From the NCBI GenBank assembly GCA_963798915.1, contig CAWCVB010000008.1:1-43712 (forward strand): 43,712 bases of DNA. The letters are read 5' to 3'. Source of the DNA: an uncultured Gemmatimonadales bacterium. GTDB taxonomy: Bacteria > Gemmatimonadota > Gemmatimonadetes > Gemmatimonadales > GWC2-71-9. Below the pieces are notes generated by a model. That model was not told where the DNA came from and did not search any database. It worked only from the letters and a program-made list of their open reading frames with translations. The translations under genes and the position numbers were made by a program. Positions 1 to 9,187 of the stretch are shown one piece after another (within the stretch, counting starts at the first letter, position 1; each line of letters begins with the position of its first letter).

Positions 1-904
1 ATGACTCCGGGGTGGTGCGCACCGCCGCCGGCGACCACTACCTCGGCCGGGGGTGTCCAGCGCTCTACTGCCGCGGCGATCGACACCGCCGTCAACTCCA
101 CTGCCGTCGCCACACCATCGGCGCCGGGGCAGCGACGTGCCAGCTCCCGCGCGAATGCATCCCCGTAGCGTTCCCGGCCCGTGCTCTTGGGCGGGGGCTC
201 CGCCAAAAAGGGGTCGGCCAGCAATTCCGCCAACAGCTCACGATCCACCTGACCGGCACCACTCACCTCGCCGTCACGGTCATAGGGCAGGTCGGGACGG
301 AGCCGACGGGCCATCGCGTCGATGACAGCCATACCTGGGCCGGTGTCGAATGCGAACGCGCCGGCTTCCTCGGCGCGGCGCGGCACGAACGTCAGGTTTG
401 CCATGCCGCCGATGTTGAGCAGCACCCGGGCGCACTCTCCGCCGAAGAGCAACACGTCAGCCATGGGCACGAGCGGGGCACCCTGGCCGCCTGCCGCGAT
501 GTCGCGCGAGCGGAAATTGTGAACCACGCGGACGCCAAAGCGTTGGGCCAGCACAGCCGGCTCCCCCAGTTGCCAGCTCACCAGCGGCGGCTCGTGCCAG
601 ATGGTCTGCCCATGGAAAGCGATGAATGACAGGTCCGGCGCCCGAACCCGACTGGCCTCGAGCGCAAGCTGGACCGCGTCGCCGGCCCAATGACCAAGCT
701 GCACGTGCAGCCGTGCCAGCTCCGGTGCCCGCGCACCGGCGATTATGCGGCGATCGAGGCGCGCTCATGCGGCGCGTAGGGCCGGGTGGCGAAGCCCAGC
801 AGTTCGAGGTGGGTGGGATCGTGAAGCCGCACGACGGCCGCATCCATGCCGTCCAGCGAGGTGCCCGACATGATTCCCACACCAAGACACGGCCGTTCGC
901 TCAT
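1..904 (-). CDS. anmK: Anhydro-N-acetylmuramic acid kinase, 3'-truncated by the window edge, with apparent frameshifts
   Basis: Manual translation from ATG 904 (ATGA overlap with the murQ stop) gives MSERPCLGVGIMSGTSLDGMDAAVV. After a frame break near 745 it continues FHGQTIWHEPP..WQLGEP..DIAAGGQGAPLVP..LNIGGMANLT..FDTGPG..PPPKSTGRE, all AnmK motifs. Confidence 0.9.
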
Positions 905-1849
905 CGAGCACTCATGGGAGGGGGGTCACCGACGATCTCGCGCAAGCGGCCGCCGTGCTGCTCCAGCAGCCGCGCGGCTTCCCCGGCATCCACCTGCATT
1001 CGCGCCATGACGATGGCCAGCTTGACCTCGCCGCCGGCGGCGTCGATGGCGGCCCGTGCCGCCGGCCGTGGCAGGCTGGTTGTCTCCATCACGATGCGTT
1101 CGCTTCGGTCACGCAGCTTCTGGTTCCAGGCGCGAAGGTCGACCATCAGGTTGCCATAGACCTTGCCCAGCCGGATCATGGCACTGGTGGTGATGGTATT
1201 GAGCACAAGTTTCGTGGCGGTGCCGGCCTTCATCCGCGTGGAGCCCGTGACCACTTCGGGTCCGACCAGCACCACCATGCAGGGATCGCACAGCTCGCGC
1301 ATGTCGTCCGGCGGGGGCTCCGAACAGGTCAGGAATCCGACCCGTGCGGCCAAGGCCGGGCAGGACTGCACGAGGGCGGCGCGCACGTATGGGGTCGTGC
1401 CACTGGCGGCGATCCCGATGACGAAGTCGGACCGGGCCCCACCGCCAGCTGGTCCACCGCAGCCGCACCCGCTGGCACAGGATCGTCTTCGGCTCCCTCC
1501 ACCGACCGGCGGAGGGCGGGGTCGCCGCGGCGATCAGCCCCTGCACCATCTCGGGCGGGGTGCCGGTCGTGGGCGGGCATATCGGTGGCGTCGAGCACAC
1601 CAAGGCGTCCGCTGGTTCCGGCGCCGACATAGATGAGGCGCCCGCCAGAAACCCGGGAGCGCTGCCTCGGCCAGCTCAATGGCGCGTGCAATCGCATCGG
1701 GGGCCGCCGCCGCCACCGCACCAGGCACGGTGGCGTCCTGCACGATTGATGAGGGCCACCAGGTCCCGTGGCGACGCCTCGTCAATCCGCTGGCTGCGCG
1801 GATTCCGTTGCTCGGTCAGGCGATGATCAGGAGAGGGTGAAGTGGACAT
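901..1849 (-). CDS. murQ: N-acetylmuramic acid 6-phosphate etherase, several apparent frameshifts
   Basis: Fragments in different frames: MSTSPSPDHRLTEQRNPRSQRID, GGRLIYVGAGTSGRLGVLDA, SVEGAEDD, VGPEVVTGSTRMKAGTATKLVLNTITTSAMIRLGKVYGNLMVDL. Confidence 0.92.
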
Positions 1850-1923
1850 GCGGCCGGGGTAAGAGGGTGTGTTCGGGTTCGGGCGCCGCTAGAAAACGAG
1901 GCCGTGCCGCAGCCTGAGCAACC

Positions 1924-3721
1924 GTGTCGTCGTATTCCCCCGCATCCCTTCCTGCCACGAGGTGCCCGTGCTTCGTCGCCTGCTGCTTCCATCCCTCCTG
2001 GAAACCCCTGCTGGCCGCCTGTGCCGGTCGCCCCGGCCCTGCCCTCCAGGGGCGGGACCCCCTCGGCCGGTGCCGAGCGTCGGACCCCGTCGGGGTGGCC
2101 CCTCCAGGGCAGGTCGCAAGTAGTTGACGGAACCCATGCCGTGGTGGTTTCGGGCAACGAGATCACCGCCAGGTGGGACGTGACATCCTGCAGCAAGGGC
2201 GGCAATGCGGTGGATGCCGCCGTAGCAGTGGGCTTTGCCCTGGCGGTGGTGCATCCCGAGGCGGGAAACCTCGGGGGCGGCGGATTCATGGTGATTCGGC
2301 TGCATGACGGCGGCGTCTTCACGCTTGATTACCGTGAGGTGGCACCCGAGCGTGCCACCCGGGACATGTACATGGATCTGCATGGCGATCCGACCAGCCT
2401 GAGCATCACCGGACACCTCGCAGCCCACATGCCAGGTTCGGTGGCCGGGCGTGGCCGAGGCCCAGCGGCGCTTCGGGAAACTTCCATGGGCCGACGTTGT
2501 CGAGCCTGCGGTGCGGCTTGCCGCCGACGGCTTCGTCGTGGATTCCTTCCGGTACCGCTCGATCGAAGGCAATGGGGAGCATCCCTGTACCTGTTTCAGG
2601 GATCTCGCGGAGGAAGTTCCTGCCGGACAACGGTCACGCGCCTGCACCTGGCACGCGCTGGCGCCAACCGGACCTGGGGCGCACGCTCATGGCCATTCGC
2701 GACCGGGGGCGGGATGGGTTCTATACCGGGCCCGTCGCCGACCTCATCGTGGAGGAAATGGAGCTTGGCGGCGGCATCATTTCGCTTGCGGATCTTGCGG
2801 ACTACAAGGCAATCTGGCGCGAACCGGTGCGGGTGAGTTATCGAGATATACGGTCTATTCCATGCCGCCGGCGTCGTCCGGCGGGGTAACGATGGGGGAG
2901 ATCCTCAACATCATGGAGGGCTGGCCCTCGCTCCCGGCCTTCGGCACCGGCGAGCTCATTCATCGTGAGACCGAGGCGATGCGACGCGCCTTCACCGACA
3001 GGAACGTATTTCTTGGCGATCCCGCCTTCGTGGACCTGCCGCTGGGCCGGCTGCTCTCCAAGTCCTATGCCGATTCGCTGCGACACCAGATTGGCGAGCG
3101 CGCGTCCAAGACGCCCAGGTTCGATGCCAGCCTGCCACCGGATCATCCACCACCCATTACAGTGTTGTCGATGCCGACGGCAATGCGGTCAGCACCACCA
3201 CGACGCTCAATAACAGCTATGGCAGCGGTGTCACCGTCAGCGGGGCCGGCTTTCTGCTGAACGACGAAATGGACGACTTTGCCACGGCGCCGGGCAAGCC
3301 CAACATGTTCGGCCTGGTGCAGGGCGAAGCCAACAATGTACAGCCCGGCAAGCGCATGCTGTCCGCCATGACGCCGAGCATTGTCCTGGACTCCACTGAT
3401 GACCTCTACATGATCGTCGGGACACCCGGTGGGCCGCGCATCATCACCATGGTCTATCACGTCATCTCCAACGTCATTGATCACCACATGTCGCTGGCCG
3501 ACGCGGTTGCGGCGCCACGGACGCATCATCAGGCCCTTCCCGATGTCATCCGCGTGGAGCGCAACGGGTTCACGGCCGCGACATTGGCGGACCTGCGCGC
3601 ACGTGGCCACGAAGTGCAGGAGGGTGGCTACTCCGGTGACGTAGAGGCAATCATCCGGACCGGCGAGGGCTGGGAGGGTGTGAGCGATCCCCGGTACGGA
3701 GGTGGTGGCGCGGCGTATTGA
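1924..3721 (+). CDS. ggt: Gamma-glutamyltransferase, apparent frameshifts, start uncertain (about 1904-1924)
   Basis: GGNAVDAAVAVGFALAVVHPEAGNLGGGGF, LDYRE, SMPPASSGG, nucleophile region TTHYSVVDADGNAVSTTTTLNNSYGSG (about 3149-3230), NDEMDDF, PGKRMLSAMTP and GTPGG are spread over several frames. Possible lipobox LLAAC near the N-terminus. Confidence 0.9.
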
Positions 3722-3745
3722 AGAGAAGATCCGGTGCCCGCCACA

Positions 3746-3776
3746 GCCGGGGGCGGGTATGAGACCCGCCCTCGGC
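3746..3776. terminator. GC-rich hairpin between convergent genes (REP-like, possible bidirectional terminator)
   Basis: GCCGGGGGCGGGT-ATGAG-ACCCGCCCTCGGC forms a 13-bp stem with one G.U pair. No U tract. Confidence 0.5.
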
Positions 3777-3792
3777 CGCCGGGCCGCGAGGC

Positions 3793-4584
3793 TCAGCTGC
3801 GCCGGAAGGTATCGTTGAGGGTGATCGTCACCGAGCTGCCGGCGGGCAGCACGACGTCTCGGTCCTTTGTTTCTACGGCACGCTGGGTGCCGACCGCGCC
3901 GCCGATCACTCCACCAATCACCGCACCCTTGCCACTGCCACCGAGCACCCGACCCACGACCGCACCTGCAGCGGCACCGGCACCCACCTTGGCTGCGTCG
4001 TTGGCGTCAACGGAGCGGCTTTGCAGATGAGTATCGAGCCCCGAGACCCCGCCGGTCAGGTCATAATCGGTGCCATTGATCGACACGCTGGTGGCCGCAA
4101 GGCTCAGGGTGCCGGTATTGTCGCTCTTGCTGTCGGAAGGCTTGATGGCACTGATCCGCAACGTCACCACCGAGCCCGCCGGGATGACCACCCGGCCTGA
4201 CCCGTCCTTGACGTCATTGGCCACCTTGGCGGTCACAGTCTCACCGACCTTCTGGGTCCGCGAAGTGATCTCGGAGGTTGTGCTTGCGCCGAACGACTCA
4301 CCCGCCGCGAGCGTACGAGTGGTGGCGGGTTTCACGGCCGCCGGTGCCGACGCGGTCGGCTTGGGCCTGGGCTTCGGAGTCGCCGGCTGGGTCGCACTCG
4401 TGCTCGGATTGGCCGGTGCGACGGCAGTATCTGCCGACTGGTCGTTGAGGGCCGCCGTGGTATCCACGGGTGCCATCTGCAAGTCCCGGTTCAGGCTGTC
4501 GGCAACGGCCGAGTCATCGCGGTCTCCACCGGAGCACGCCGCGATGGTGGCCGCCCCGATCAATGCCAGCAGTGTTCGTGTCAT
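3793..4584 (-). CDS. Putative lipoprotein with Pro/Ala linker and a beta-rich domain containing a glycine zipper
   Basis: Signal peptide/lipobox MTRTLLALIGAATIAAC, RBS AGGAGG, and glycine zipper GAGAAAGAVVGRVLGGSGKGAVIGGVIGGAVG. Confidence 0.8.
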   Translation of the reverse strand: MTRTLLALIGAATIAACSGGDRDDSAVADSLNRDLQMAPVDTTAALNDQSADTAVAPANPSTSATQPATPKPRPKPTASAPAAVKPATTRTLAAGESFGASTTSEITSRTQKVGETVTAKVANDVKDGSGRVVIPAGSVVTLRISAIKPSDSKSDNTGTLSLAATSVSINGTDYDLTGGVSGLDTHLQSRSVDANDAAKVGAGAAAGAVVGRVLGGSGKGAVIGGVIGGAVGTQRAVETKDRDVVLPAGSSVTITLNDTFRRS

Positions 4585-4607
4585 TCATTCCTCCTGACGT
4601 AGTTGGC

Positions 4608-4636
4608 TTGCCTGACTGGATCATTTCTTTGACATT
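4608..4636 (+). promoter_or_regulatory. Possible sigma70-type promoter for the ABC transporter
   Basis: TTGCCT-17 nt-GACATT, 9 nt before ATG 4646. No SD sequence. Confidence 0.35.
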
Positions 4637-4645
4637 GCGGGCACC

Positions 4646-6397
4646 ATGCGCGCCCTCCAAACCCTGATTCCCTATCTCCGCCCCTATCGAGCGATGTACG
4701 CCTGGGGCCTGCTGCTGGTGGTGCTGTCCAATGGTTTCAGCACCCTGGGTCCCCACTTCCTCCAGCGCGGCATTGACGTACTGGGCCAGGGCGGCGCCTT
4801 CCGTAATGTACAATCAGCCGCCCTCCTGCTGCTGGCCGTCGCCGTCCTGGGCGGCGTTGCGCGGTTCGGCATGCGCCAGCTCCTTAATAGCAGCAGCCGC
4901 CGCGTCGAGTTCGACCTGCGGAATCGCCTCTATGGCTATTTACAGGGTCAATCAGCGGAATTCTATGACCGGTACCCGACCGGCGATGTGATGGCGCGCA
5001 CAACGAACGACCTGCTGGCCGTGCGCATGGTGGCCGGTCCGGCCCTGATGTACCTGGTCGATACGGTCATCCGAAGCCTGATCGTCATTCCGGTCATGGT
5101 GCACATCAGTGCACTCCTCAGCCTGCTCGCCCTCATTCCCCTCGCGGCGCTGCCCCTCGTCATGACCCGGTTCGGGCGCGCAATCCACCGCCGAAGCGAG
5201 GCGATCCAGGCACAGTTCTCCACCTTGACCAGCTTCACGCACGAGCACCTCTCGGGTGTGCGGATCGTTCGCGCCTACCGGCAGGAAGCGGCCGAGGAGC
5301 GGCAGTTTCGCCGGCTGAATGAGGAATACACGGACCGAAATCTCTCGCTGGCGCGCATTCAGGGCATGTTCCATCCCCTGCTGGCCATGCTGGGTGGGCT
5401 CGGCATGGTGGCGGTCCTTTATGCCGGGGGCCAGCTGGTCATCGCGGGCAGCGTTTCGGTCGGGCAATTCGTCGCGTTCGGTGTCTACCTCGCGATGCTC
5501 ATCTGGCCGATGATCGCCTTGGGATGGGTGGTCAACCTGGTGCAGCGTGGAGCCGCCTCGATGGGCCGCATCAACGCCATCTTCAGCGAGCCGGTCGCGG
5601 TCACATCTCCGCGCTCCCCGCTCGCCCTGCCCCCGGCCACGGGCGGGCGACGCGTCGCATTCGAAGGCGTGTGGTTCCGGTATCCCTCCGCAGCGGCACG
5701 CGGGTGGGTCCTCGAGGATGTCTCATTCGAGATCGCGGCCGGCGGCTCGCTGGCGATCGTCGGCGCCACCGGCGCCGGGAAGTCCACCCTGGCGGAGCTC
5801 CTGGTCCGGATCTACGACCCGGAGCGCGGCCGCATCACACTGGACGGCATGGATATCAGGGCGCTATCCCTCGGCGAACTGCGACGCAACGTCGGGTTCG
5901 TGCCCCAGGAAACCTTGTTGTTCAGCACCACGATCAGGGAAAACGTCCTGCTGGGCGCTCCCGATGATGGACGCCTGGAGATCGCCGCCGAAACATCTCA
6001 GCTGGCCGAGGCGCTGCCCCAGCTGCCGGATGGCTATGACACCATGCTGGGAGAACGAGGGGTGAATCTCTCGGGCGGGCAAAAGCAGCGGGCGGCAATC
6101 GCTCGGGCGCTGGCGCAGCAGCCGCCGGTCTTCGTCCTCGATGATGCCTTGAGTGCCGTCGACGCCCATACGGAGGCACGAATTCTGGCTGGCCTGCGAG
6201 GCGCGCTCGAGCGCCGCACCAGCATCGTGATCTCGCACCGGCTGGCGGCCGTTCGGGATGCCGATCACATTCTGGTGCTGGATGCGGGGCGTGTGGTCGA
6301 GCAGGGTCGGCACACCGTCCTCATGGAACTGGGAGGCCGCTACTGGGAACTGCTTCGCCGCCAGGAGCTTGAGGAAGAGCTCGAGGAGGCGGTGTGA
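4646..6397 (+). CDS. ABC exporter, fused permease and ATP-binding domains (MdlA/Sav1866-like)
   Basis: N-terminal TM domain, Walker A GATGAGKS, Q-loop FVPQE, signature LSGGQKQR, Walker B VLDDALSAVD, H-loop ISHR. Confidence 0.93.
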   Translation: MRALQTLIPYLRPYRAMYAWGLLLVVLSNGFSTLGPHFLQRGIDVLGQGGAFRNVQSAALLLLAVAVLGGVARFGMRQLLNSSSRRVEFDLRNRLYGYLQGQSAEFYDRYPTGDVMARTTNDLLAVRMVAGPALMYLVDTVIRSLIVIPVMVHISALLSLLALIPLAALPLVMTRFGRAIHRRSEAIQAQFSTLTSFTHEHLSGVRIVRAYRQEAAEERQFRRLNEEYTDRNLSLARIQGMFHPLLAMLGGLGMVAVLYAGGQLVIAGSVSVGQFVAFGVYLAMLIWPMIALGWVVNLVQRGAASMGRINAIFSEPVAVTSPRSPLALPPATGGRRVAFEGVWFRYPSAAARGWVLEDVSFEIAAGGSLAIVGATGAGKSTLAELLVRIYDPERGRITLDGMDIRALSLGELRRNVGFVPQETLLFSTTIRENVLLGAPDDGRLEIAAETSQLAEALPQLPDGYDTMLGERGVNLSGGQKQRAAIARALAQQPPVFVLDDALSAVDAHTEARILAGLRGALERRTSIVISHRLAAVRDADHILVLDAGRVVEQGRHTVLMELGGRYWELLRRQELEEELEEAV

Positions 6398-6443
6398 GGT
6401 AGCAGACCAGGTGTCCGTCGGCCGGAGCGGCCTCGGGGTTTCC

Positions 6444-6473
6444 ACGCCGCTGCCTTGTGCAGGGCAGCAGCGT
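6444..6473. terminator. Hairpin between the convergent ABC transporter and ccdA
   Basis: Core GCTGCCTTG-TG-CAGGGCAGC, extendable by ACGC/GCGT. Confidence 0.35.
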
Positions 6474-6492
6474 CGCGAGGCGTCCAGCTCGC

Positions 6493-7221
6493 CTACAGCC
6501 GCTCCCGCAGGAAGCCAGGCGTCAGTCCCTGCAGCCACCCCGCCAGCCGGGTGAATTCGCCCGAGACCATGAGCACGCCCACAACGATCAAAAGGATGCC
6601 GCTGATGAGCTTGACGGTGCCCAGATGCCGGCGAAATCCCTTGAACCATCCAAGGAACCAGTCCAGCGCAAACGCGGCCAGCAAGAACGGCAAGGCGAGA
6701 CCGAGAGAGTAGGCTGCCAGCAGGGTCATTCCCCGCCCGAAATCGGCCTGGGAAGCTGAAAGGGTCAGAATGCCGCCCAGGATCAACCCGATGCACGGCA
6801 CCCAGCCGGCCGCGAAGGCCATCCCGACCAGCACTGACCCGATGTAGCCAACCGGCTTCTCCGCCAGGTAGACCCGCTGCTCCCGCTCCAGGAACGGAAT
6901 CTTGATGACCCCCATGGTCAGGAGCCCGAATGCGATGATCAAGACTCCACCTACCCGGGCGATCAAGTCCTTCTGATTGCGCAGCGCCAGCCCGAACGCT
7001 GATGCACTCGCGCCGAGTGCGAGAAATATCAGGGTGAACCCAAGCACAAAGAGCAACGCGTGGGTGACGGCAATCCGGCGCCGGTTGGCGGCCTCCGGCA
7101 CCGCCATGCCGGTGAGGAATCCGATATACGAAGGAACCAGCGGCAGCACGCACGGCGAGAGGAAGCTGAGTAGCCCCCCCGTGAAAGCCACCAGGATGCC
7201 CAATCCAACGCTATCCGTCAT
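6493..7221 (-). CDS. ccdA: Cytochrome c biogenesis protein CcdA (DsbD transmembrane family)
   Basis: LSFLSPCVLPLVP and GWVPCIG redox Cys motifs, multiple TM helices. ATG 7221 overlaps the fur stop (TAATG). Confidence 0.9.
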   Translation of the reverse strand: MTDSVGLGILVAFTGGLLSFLSPCVLPLVPSYIGFLTGMAVPEAANRRRIAVTHALLFVLGFTLIFLALGASASAFGLALRNQKDLIARVGGVLIIAFGLLTMGVIKIPFLEREQRVYLAEKPVGYIGSVLVGMAFAAGWVPCIGLILGGILTLSASQADFGRGMTLLAAYSLGLALPFLLAAFALDWFLGWFKGFRRHLGTVKLISGILLIVVGVLMVSGEFTRLAGWLQGLTPGFLRERL

Positions 7222-7694
7222 TACGCCCGACCTCCCAGGTCGCGCCGAAGGCACTCTCGGCAGGTTCCCACGATTTCCACCCTGTGCCGCTGGTGCTGGA
7301 AACCGTGTTCATCGGCAACGATGCCCAACAGCCGCGTGAGCTGATCGTTGGTGAATTCGATGACCTGGCCGCACCGGTCGCAGATCAGGTGGCCATGCTG
7401 GTCCGCTGCGGCCGCCGGCTCGAAGCGGCGGGATGCCTCGCCAAAGCGGTGCGACCGCACGAAACCTGAGCGCTCGAGCAGGTGCAACGTCCGGTAGATG
7501 GTGGCTGTTCCCACCTCGCTGCCCTGTTCCACCAACTGCTCCCGCAGATGCTCGACGCTCAGGTGTTCCGTCGAAGCCAGCACCAACTCGGCGATCAGCT
7601 CCCGCTGTCGCGTCACCGGCAGCCGATGCTCGCCCAGCCAGACACGAAATGCCTGCAGCAGCCGCTGGCGCTCATTCTCCGACAGCTGGCTCAT
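7221..7694 (-). CDS. Fur-family transcriptional regulator
   Basis: TRQRELI, HLSVE, TATIYRTL, HGHLICDRCGQVIEF and GTCREC (two CxxC motifs). Confidence 0.9.
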   Translation of the reverse strand: MSQLSENERQRLLQAFRVWLGEHRLPVTRQRELIAELVLASTEHLSVEHLREQLVEQGSEVGTATIYRTLHLLERSGFVRSHRFGEASRRFEPAAAADQHGHLICDRCGQVIEFTNDQLTRLLGIVADEHGFQHQRHRVEIVGTCRECLRRDLGGRA

Positions 7695-8058
7695 CTGCCA
7701 CCGCAAACCATTGGGCCGGATCAACCTCGCTGGGCGGTTCGTCGTCGTCGGAGCGCCGGTGGGCTTCCTCCAGCAGCTTGGGGAGCTGCTCGACGGGCCC
7801 GCTGCCCACCTGCCGGACGTCGGCTTCGAACCGTCCCCGTTCCTTGCCCTTCACCAGCAGCATGTAGCGCGCGGTGTAGATCGTCCGCCGCTCCGCGCCC
7901 AGTCCCTCCGCACGGGCAATGACCGCCGTGCCAAACTCGCGGTGTCCTTGCCGGGTCACCGGAAAGCACCAGATTCGATCGATTTCGCTTGCGGGCACAT
8001 TGGCAGCAACCACCTGCGCCAGGCGTTCCCAACCCGACGGTGGCGTAGCGGCATTCAT
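7672..8058 (-). CDS. Hypothetical protein (128 aa)
   Basis: ATGA overlap with the upstream gene stop, 23-bp overlap with fur, globular-looking composition. Confidence 0.75.
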   Translation of the reverse strand: MNAATPPSGWERLAQVVAANVPASEIDRIWCFPVTRQGHREFGTAVIARAEGLGAERRTIYTARYMLLVKGKERGRFEADVRQVGSGPVEQLPKLLEEAHRRSDDDEPPSEVDPAQWFAVADEPAVGE

Positions 8059-9149
8059 GCCGCGGGCCCCAGCGCACGCTCCACGTAGAACCGAAGCACG
8101 GTCATGAAGTCCTGGGCGTTGGTGACCACGCCGTAGGCCTGATGGGTGCCACGATCCTTGAGCTTGTTGACCACGAACTCGGTCTGGTCTACGCAGATCG
8201 TCATGAGCGGGGCCGGCGCGCCACGCACGGTGTGGAAGGCCGGAAGCATGTTCCCGACCGCGATCGCATGCAGCGCCGTCGCAATGAAGATCGCACCCGT
8301 CGCACGCACCGTATGTTCCCGCATGGCATCCTGCGCCGCCAGCGCGTCCGTAATCACGCCCGGAAGCGGTCCGTCATCACGAATCGAACCGCTGAGCACG
8401 TAGGGAATCCCGATCGTGACGAGGGCGTGCATGATTCCGCTCGACACCAGCCCGTTCGCGATTGAAGCCTCGATCGACCCGGCCGAGCGAACGGCATTGA
8501 TGGCCCGCATGTGGGTACCGTGTCCGCCCTGGGTCGCCTGTCCGGTGTGGCTCATGCCCAGAGTGGTGCCGTAGATGGCCGCCTCCATGTCGTGAACCGC
8601 GACCGCATTCCCGGCAAGCACGGCCTGGACAAAGCCATTGCGGATAAACCACTCGAAGTCGCTCCGTGCGCGGGAGTGCACCAGCGCCGGCCCCACCACC
8701 CAGATGAGATAACCGGCGTTGCGACGCTCCTCGAGCACGCGTGCGGCCAATTCCTCGTAGTTGACCGGCCGTTCGCGACTCACCTCCGTGCTCATGAAGC
8801 GGAATTCTTCGTTGGCGCTGTGGCCACCTCCGAGGAAGCCCTGGCCGTAGACCACGATGCCGTCAGTGCCATCTTCCGCCAGTCCCATGGCCACCATCGC
8901 TCCCGCTTCGAGCCGCCGCGGCTCGATCACTTCCAGGCTCCCCTCCCGCCGGGCGATGACGCAGTCCATGCGCGGGCGAGAGGGGGTCATCCACTCCCCA
9001 TCGACATTGACGTAGGTGGGCAGGTTCGAGGTGGAGAAAAATCCCTCGGGGAGGACCCCGTCCGCGGGCAAGGGCGCGAACCGGGCCGTGGGCGCACCCT
9101 TGAACGGAGCCTGACTGAAGTCGGGCAAGCGATGGTGATCGGTTGGCAT
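8055..9149 (-). CDS. TIGR00300 / LOR-SDH-domain protein (ArgZ/AgrE C-terminal ornithine cyclodeaminase-like)
   Basis: DGVLPEGFFSTSNLPTYV, RMDC, FRFMSTEVSRER, AGNAVAVHDME, GTTLG, LSGSIRDDGPLP, LHAIAVGNMLP, KLKDRGT. Confidence 0.8.
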   Translation of the reverse strand: MPTDHHRLPDFSQAPFKGAPTARFAPLPADGVLPEGFFSTSNLPTYVNVDGEWMTPSRPRMDCVIARREGSLEVIEPRRLEAGAMVAMGLAEDGTDGIVVYGQGFLGGGHSANEEFRFMSTEVSRERPVNYEELAARVLEERRNAGYLIWVVGPALVHSRARSDFEWFIRNGFVQAVLAGNAVAVHDMEAAIYGTTLGMSHTGQATQGGHGTHMRAINAVRSAGSIEASIANGLVSSGIMHALVTIGIPYVLSGSIRDDGPLPGVITDALAAQDAMREHTVRATGAIFIATALHAIAVGNMLPAFHTVRGAPAPLMTICVDQTEFVVNKLKDRGTHQAYGVVTNAQDFMTVLRFYVERALGPAA

Positions 9150-9158
9150 AGGGGACGA

Positions 9159-9187
9159 AACCTAGACGGTCATCAAAGCAGAGTCAC
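9159..9187 (-). promoter_or_regulatory. Possible promoter giving a nearly leaderless mRNA
   Basis: GTGACT-17 nt-TAGGTT, 9 nt before ATG 9149. Confidence 0.4.

Noticed and set aside
3130..3150. Frame break at the GGT large/small subunit junction as a programmed split or frameshift
   Set aside because: There is no slippery sequence or separate start, and the gene has several other breaks consistent with sequencing error.
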